Part shown: positions 7,040 through 11,008 of the stretch, piece by piece
How positions within the stretch are numbered: the stretch's first letter is position 1
How the letters are laid out: each line of letters starts with the position of its first letter
Origin: Coleofasciculus chthonoplastes F2-STO-03
GTDB lineage: Bacteria > Cyanobacteriota > Cyanobacteriia > Cyanobacteriales > Coleofasciculaceae
Direction: 5' to 3'
DNA length: 11,008 nt
Assembly (NCBI GenBank): GCA_040222015.1
Contig: JAVJWO010000209.1
Location: 1-11,008 of the forward strand
Translations under genes and position numbers: made by a program
The notes under the pieces: model-generated
The model's input: the letters and a program-made list of their open reading frames with translations, nothing else
What the model was told of the DNA's origin: nothing
Database searches by the model: none

Positions 7040-7996
7040 TTGAGTGAAGTATCGACAACGATTGAATTACCGAGTGTCCAGAGTGCTATGGTACTGGCGG
7101 GCGATCGCGAGAGTAATCTGAAGTTGCTCTCTCAACGCACTGGCGCGAGTCTGGTATTAAGGGGACAGGAGTTGCTTATTTCTGGCACTCAAAAACAAGT
7201 TGAGCGCGTCTCGTCTGTGGTGCGATCGCTTAAACCATTTTGGCTGGAGGGTAAACGGATTGAAGAGGCGGACATTCGCACCGCGTTTCATGCTTTGGAT
7301 ACTCACCGTCAGGATGAACTCCAGGATTTACATCAAGATGTGCTGGCGCGTACCCGTCGCGGTGATGTGATTCGCGCCAAGACGTTTCGCCAACGCCAAT
7401 ACGTTAAAGCGGTTCTTACTCATGATTTAACGTTTTGTATTGGACCTGCGGGAACCGGGAAAACCTTTTTGGCGGTGGTATTGGCAACCCGGGCTTTACT
7501 GGCAAATGAGTATGAACGCCTTATCTTAACCCGACCGGCGGTAGAAGCGGGGGAAAAGTTAGGATTTTTGCCCGGAGATTTACAGCAGAAAGTCAATCCG
7601 TTTTTACGTCCGCTTTATGATGCGTTATATGAATTAATTGATGGGGAGAAAATTCCCAATTTAATGGAACGGGGAATTATTGAAGTAGCACCGTTAGCTT
7701 ATATGCGCGGACGAACACTGAATAATGCGTTTGTGATTGTGGATGAAGCCCAAAATACCACCCCAGCCCAGATGAAAATGGTCTTAACTCGCTTGGGGTT
7801 TGGTTCTCGGATGGTGGTGACTGGAGATGTTACCCAAACCGATTTACCACCGAATCAAGATTCAGGATTAGGGGTGGCACAAAAAATTCTCCGCCCCGTT
7901 GATGGGATTGCGTTTTGCGAACTTTCCACTCAAGATGTGGTTCGTAATCCTCTGGTTCAGCGCATTGTTGAGGCTTACGAGAAACATCAAAAATAA
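7040..7996 (+). CDS. phoH: PhoH family ATPase (YbeZ/PhoL-like)
   Basis: GPAGTGKTFLA, LILTRPAVEAGEKLGFLPGDL, APLAYMRGRTL, DEAQN, GDVTQTDL and DVVRNPLV motifs. TTG start. Confidence 0.96.
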   Translation: MSEVSTTIELPSVQSAMVLAGDRESNLKLLSQRTGASLVLRGQELLISGTQKQVERVSSVVRSLKPFWLEGKRIEEADIRTAFHALDTHRQDELQDLHQDVLARTRRGDVIRAKTFRQRQYVKAVLTHDLTFCIGPAGTGKTFLAVVLATRALLANEYERLILTRPAVEAGEKLGFLPGDLQQKVNPFLRPLYDALYELIDGEKIPNLMERGIIEVAPLAYMRGRTLNNAFVIVDEAQNTTPAQMKMVLTRLGFGSRMVVTGDVTQTDLPPNQDSGLGVAQKILRPVDGIAFCELSTQDVVRNPLVQRIVEAYEKHQK

Positions 7997-8040
7997 GCCG
8001 GGAGGCAGAAGGAAAATAGAGTTAAGATTGACATGAGATG

Positions 8041-8116
8041 AGGGTACGGCAGTGCCGTGCCCCTACCATAGCCCAGGGATAATTGATTGGGTAGGGGCAC
8101 GATAATATCGTGCCCT
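8041..8116. repeat. Inverted pair of 26-nt GTAGGGGCACG REP hairpins between convergent genes; possible bidirectional terminator or 3' stabiliser
   Basis: GTAGGGGCACGGCACTGCCGTACCCT (8041-8066, -) and GTAGGGGCACGATAATATCGTGCCCT (8091-8116, +), with a 24-nt spacer, between the phoH and CHAT gene stops. Confidence 0.83.
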
Positions 8117-8134
8117 GATTGTTCCTGTTCCCCA

Positions 8135-11008
8135 CTACTGCGGATTACCAATTAAGGTAAAGGCTGCCCAGTAGTAAGGATGAGAGAAGTTGAGATTTTT
8201 GGTCTTGGCGAGTTCTACCATTTCTGGGGGTAAAGTTATGCTCTTATCTCCATAATTTAACTGACCGTTAGCAATACTAACTTCGCCTCGAATCATGGCA
8301 AGTTGCGCTCGGCGTAATGCCTCACTTTTAATCGGAACTTGGCTTAACTGACGATAAAATTCAGTGGTGACGCCTAATGACCCTTCATCGCTGACGTACC
8401 AGAGGGTAGCTAGGGTAGAATCAACACCTGCTTGTAATGCTGAGCCAGCAAAACCTAATTCAGCTTCGTCATTGCCAAGGGCTGTTCGGCAAGCACTGAG
8501 GACTAATAAATCCACGTTTGAATTGGATAAGCCTAATTCCTTGAGTTCATTCAGCCGTAGTTTACGATTCCACAGTTGAATGTAAGAATTCTCTGGATTC
8601 CCCGGTTTGAATTCGGCGTGAGTGGCTAGATGAATGATACCAAATTCATTCTGGCTGATTTGTTCTTGCAGATTCTGGAAGGTGAAATTCTCATTGAGAA
8701 ATGCTTTGCCTTTCCACAGGTATTCGGTAATTGTGGATAATTCTAGGGGGACATAAGGTAACTCTTGTAAATCGAGGAATTTCGACGCCCCCATGGCTAG
8801 AACTTGACGCGAGCGAATGTCGGGATTGCGAGCTTGCATTAAGCTGAAGCTAGGAATCAAGTTGACACTATAGTTCTCGATTAAGAAGTTGTCTCCATCG
8901 TGAAGGGCGGCGATGGGGAGCGATCGCAACCCGGAATCCATGGCAAACATTAACCCTTGGATTTGGCGTGCTTCTAAATCCTCCGCTAAGGGTTCGATTA
9001 ACCATTGGTAGAGTTGTTGGGCTGAATCCAGATATTTCGTCGATCCGAGGTTACGGCGATCGCTGAGTGTCCGCTGAAACGTTTGAGTCTCTGCTAAAAC
9101 ATTAGCCTGAATCGCATTAGGAACTCGACGTTGAATGGCTTCACCATCGGCAGTAATCAGTACCAATTCTAGCTGTTGATTGTCTTCCGGTGAACAATTG
9201 CTTGATGCTGAGGGGGTATAACCAAATCGGCGATCCCCCGATGGTGCAGACTCTGTTTGACAAGCATTAGCTTCTGAGATCAAGGGTTGAGGGACAAAGC
9301 TGACATAAATCACAGCGGTTTTCAAGCCGGTGACTTGTTCGATGTCGCGAGTCCGTTCAGTGATATCTTGTAGATTTAGCTGTTTGGTTACAAATTGTTG
9401 TTGGAGATAGGTTTGGAATTCTTGGGTAAAAGCAGCTTCAAGTTGATCCACGCGATCGCTGACATTATCTGTTTCTTGTGATGTTGATGATTCTTCCGGG
9501 CTGGAAGCCTGCTGTTGAGGCGTCTCACCGGGGGTTCCATTCGGGTTATTTGCCGCTGTGGTGTTTCCTCCAGAGGGTTCAGGGGTATTGACATTATTGT
9601 TGGCGATATCGGAGTTGTCGCGGTTGTCGATGGGGTTAGAACCACTATTATTCGCCGTATCGCCATTTCCGGTACTGGGTTCACGACTGTAGGTTGAGTC
9701 GTTATTCTCGTTAGAGGTATCGGTGTTGGCGTTATCTGTAGAAACCGGATCACTGTTTCCGGTGCTGTTATCTACTGTATCTGTGCCACTATTGTCCGCG
9801 ATATCGCTATTTCCGGTACTGGGTTCACGGCTATAGGTTGAGTCGCCATTCTCGTTAGAGGTATCGGTGTTGGCGTTATCTGTATCCGTCGGCTCACTGT
9901 TTCCGGTGCTGTTATCTACTGGATCTGTTCCACTATTGTCCGCGATATCACTATTTCCGGTACTGGGTTCACGACTGTAGGTTGAGTCGTTATTGTCAGC
10001 AGAGTTATTGTTGGCAATATCACTATTGCCACTGCTGTTATTGTCTGTGGAATTAGAACCGCTATTTGTAGCCGTATCGTTAGCGCTATCGGGATTCGGT
10101 GTATTGACAGCGTTATCAATGACGGAATTATTGTTTCCGCTATCAGTACTTGGAGGAGTTGAACTATCGCTATTTGAGGTGGGAACGCGGCTATAGGTTT
10201 GATTACTCGTGTTAGCCGAGTTGTTCGCCACGTCGCTGTTTCCACCGCTGATACTGATATTGGTGGGATTAGAACTGCTATCGCTTGGGGTATTGCTAGT
10301 CGCGTTATCCGTATTAGCTGGATTTGCGGTGGCTATGTTATCTCCAGTCGTCGTATCATTGCTGGTATCGTAACTGGGAATATCAGGCGGAGTGGTACTG
10401 TCACTTGCCGTATTGTTAGCCACCTCTGAATTAGCCGGATTCGCGGTGGTGCTATCCGGTGTGGCGATCGCGTTACTACTGGGTTGAGTTGGAGTACGGC
10501 TGTAGGTTTGACTGCCATTACTCTCTGAATTATTAGCTGCGATCGTAGTATTGGGAGTGTTGTTGGTGTTAGTGGAAGTCGGTTGGCGGCTATAGGTTGT
10601 CGCAGCGGAGTTATTATTTCCGCTATTAGAATTAGCACTCTGGGCGTTCGGATTCGCTACACCACTCTCTTGACAACTCACATCATTTGGATCGCAAGTT
10701 TCTTTGTCGTTGTCATTAATGTTGGGATTGGGAAACCGACTGTAGGTTACAGGAGTGCTGTTGTTACTGGTGTTTGGCGTATCTGAATTTGCCGTTTGAG
10801 TATTGCTACCATTATCCGCGATCGCACCTGAGTTATCACCACTGGCAGTTTCTCCACCAGGAGTTCCACCACCTGAGTTATCACCACTGGCAGTTTCTCC
10901 ACCAGGAGTTCCACCACCTAAATTATCACCACTGGCAGTTTCTCCACCAGGAGTTCCATCACCTAAATTATCACCACTGGCAGTTTCTCCACCAGGAGTT
11001 CCATCACC
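8135..11008 (-). CDS. Large CHAT-domain (caspase-like, clan CD) protein with low-complexity repeat stalk; 5' end lies outside the window
   Basis: C-terminal CHAT motifs LYQWLIEP, LRSLPIAALHDG, IIHLATHAEF (His 8618-8620), LLVLSACRTA (Cys 8489-8491), ATLWYVSD and HPYYWAAFTLIGNP. Manual translation shows the frame has no stop from 10681 to 11008 (GDGTPGGETASGDNL...TYSRFPNPNINDNDKETCDPNDVSCQE), so the ORF-track start at 10681 is internal. Confidence 0.93.
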   Translation of the reverse strand, partial: GDGTPGGETASGDNLGDGTPGGETASGDNLGGGTPGGETASGDNSGGGTPGGETASGDNSGAIADNGSNTQTANSDTPNTSNNSTPVTYSRFPNPNINDNDKETCDPNDVSCQESGVANPNAQSANSNSGNNNSAATTYSRQPTSTNTNNTPNTTIAANNSESNGSQTYSRTPTQPSSNAIATPDSTTANPANSEVANNTASDSTTPPDIPSYDTSNDTTTGDNIATANPANTDNATSNTPSDSSSNPTNISISGGNSDVANNSANTSNQTYSRVPTSNSDSSTPPSTDSGNNNSVIDNAVNTPNPDSANDTATNSGSNSTDNNSSGNSDIANNNSADNNDSTYSREPSTGNSDIADNSGTDPVDNSTGNSEPTDTDNANTDTSNENGDSTYSREPSTGNSDIADNSGTDTVDNSTGNSDPVSTDNANTDTSNENNDSTYSREPSTGNGDTANNSGSNPIDNRDNSDIANNNVNTPEPSGGNTTAANNPNGTPGETPQQQASSPEESSTSQETDNVSDRVDQLEAAFTQEFQTYLQQQFVTKQLNLQDITERTRDIEQVTGLKTAVIYVSFVPQPLISEANACQTESAPSGDRRFGYTPSASSNCSPEDNQQLELVLITADGEAIQRRVPNAIQANVLAETQTFQRTLSDRRNLGSTKYLDSAQQLYQWLIEPLAEDLEARQIQGLMFAMDSGLRSLPIAALHDGDNFLIENYSVNLIPSFSLMQARNPDIRSRQVLAMGASKFLDLQELPYVPLELSTITEYLWKGKAFLNENFTFQNLQEQISQNEFGIIHLATHAEFKPGNPENSYIQLWNRKLRLNELKELGLSNSNVDLLVLSACRTALGNDEAELGFAGSALQAGVDSTLATLWYVSDEGSLGVTTEFYRQLSQVPIKSEALRRAQLAMIRGEVSIANGQLNYGDKSITLPPEMVELAKTKNLNFSHPYYWAAFTLIGNPQ
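9640..9990 (-). repeat. Intragenic 144-nt (48-aa) tandem repeat, about 2.4 copies
   Basis: GGTACTGGGTTCACG recurs at 9671, 9815 and 9959 (period 144). Unit: DSTYSREPSTGNSDIADNSGTDxVDNSTGNSxPxxTDNANTDTSNENx. Confidence 0.92.
10829..11008 (-). repeat. Intragenic 45-nt (15-aa) tandem repeat, at least 4 copies, running off the right edge
   Basis: G(D/G)GTPGGETASGDN(L/S) x4, near-identical at the DNA level and in frame with the CHAT gene. Confidence 0.95.

Larger units (their letters stand above)
1026..10825. repeat. HIP1 octamer GCGATCGC, dispersed (at least 14 copies)
   Basis: Copies start at 1026, 1621, 2059, 3687, 3987, 4239, 5743, 7101, 7222, 8920, 9056, 9452, 10464 and 10818. This is a cyanobacterial hallmark. 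Confidence 0.92.

Noticed and set aside
10679..10681. ORF-track start of the CHAT gene
   Set aside because: This is an internal GTG (Val); the frame remains open to 11008.
8364..10786. Short alternative-frame and antisense ORFs inside the CHAT gene
   Set aside because: They are explained by the low-complexity codon usage of the main frame and have no independent coding signal.
128..11008. NTPase-WD40 sensor plus CHAT protease as a single NLR/caspase-like defence system
   Set aside because: The genes are on opposite strands and separated by four housekeeping genes. Both families are highly expanded in filamentous cyanobacteria, so co-occurrence in 11 kb is not evidence of linkage.
9640..11008. 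45-nt and 144-nt repeats as a CRISPR array
   Set aside because: The units are contiguous with no unique spacers, their lengths are multiples of 3 and in frame within a CDS, and no cas genes are present.

Overview
Cyanobacterial DNA: at least 14 HIP1 (GCGATCGC) sites, heptamer STRR tracts and GTAG-type REP palindromes. The repeat load suggests a filamentous Oscillatoriales/Coleofasciculus-like organism (inference). Left to right: (1) a 19-copy (AATGACA)n tract whose last unit supplies the start codon of (2) a 1294-aa AAA-like NTPase-PAS/PAC-TM-14xWD40 protein; (3) a convergent, internally deleted remnant of an ethylene-receptor-type (ETR1-like) PAS sensor gene, cut off at a REP copy; (4) the housekeeping cluster ffh-rpsP-khpA-phoH, whose intergenic regions carry STRRs, a G-rich 9-mer tract and a nested REP/MITE element; (5) a convergent large CHAT (caspase-like) protease gene, open to the right edge of the window. 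Its His/Cys dyad is intact, and its long S/T/N/D-rich stalk carries seven TYSRxP motifs plus 144-nt and 45-nt tandem repeats. No CRISPR, RNA gene or transposase is seen. No complete novel multi-gene system can be proven from the sequence. The best leads are the PAS-containing NTPase-WD40 receptor with its repeat-derived start, and the TYSRxP-punctuated CHAT protein.
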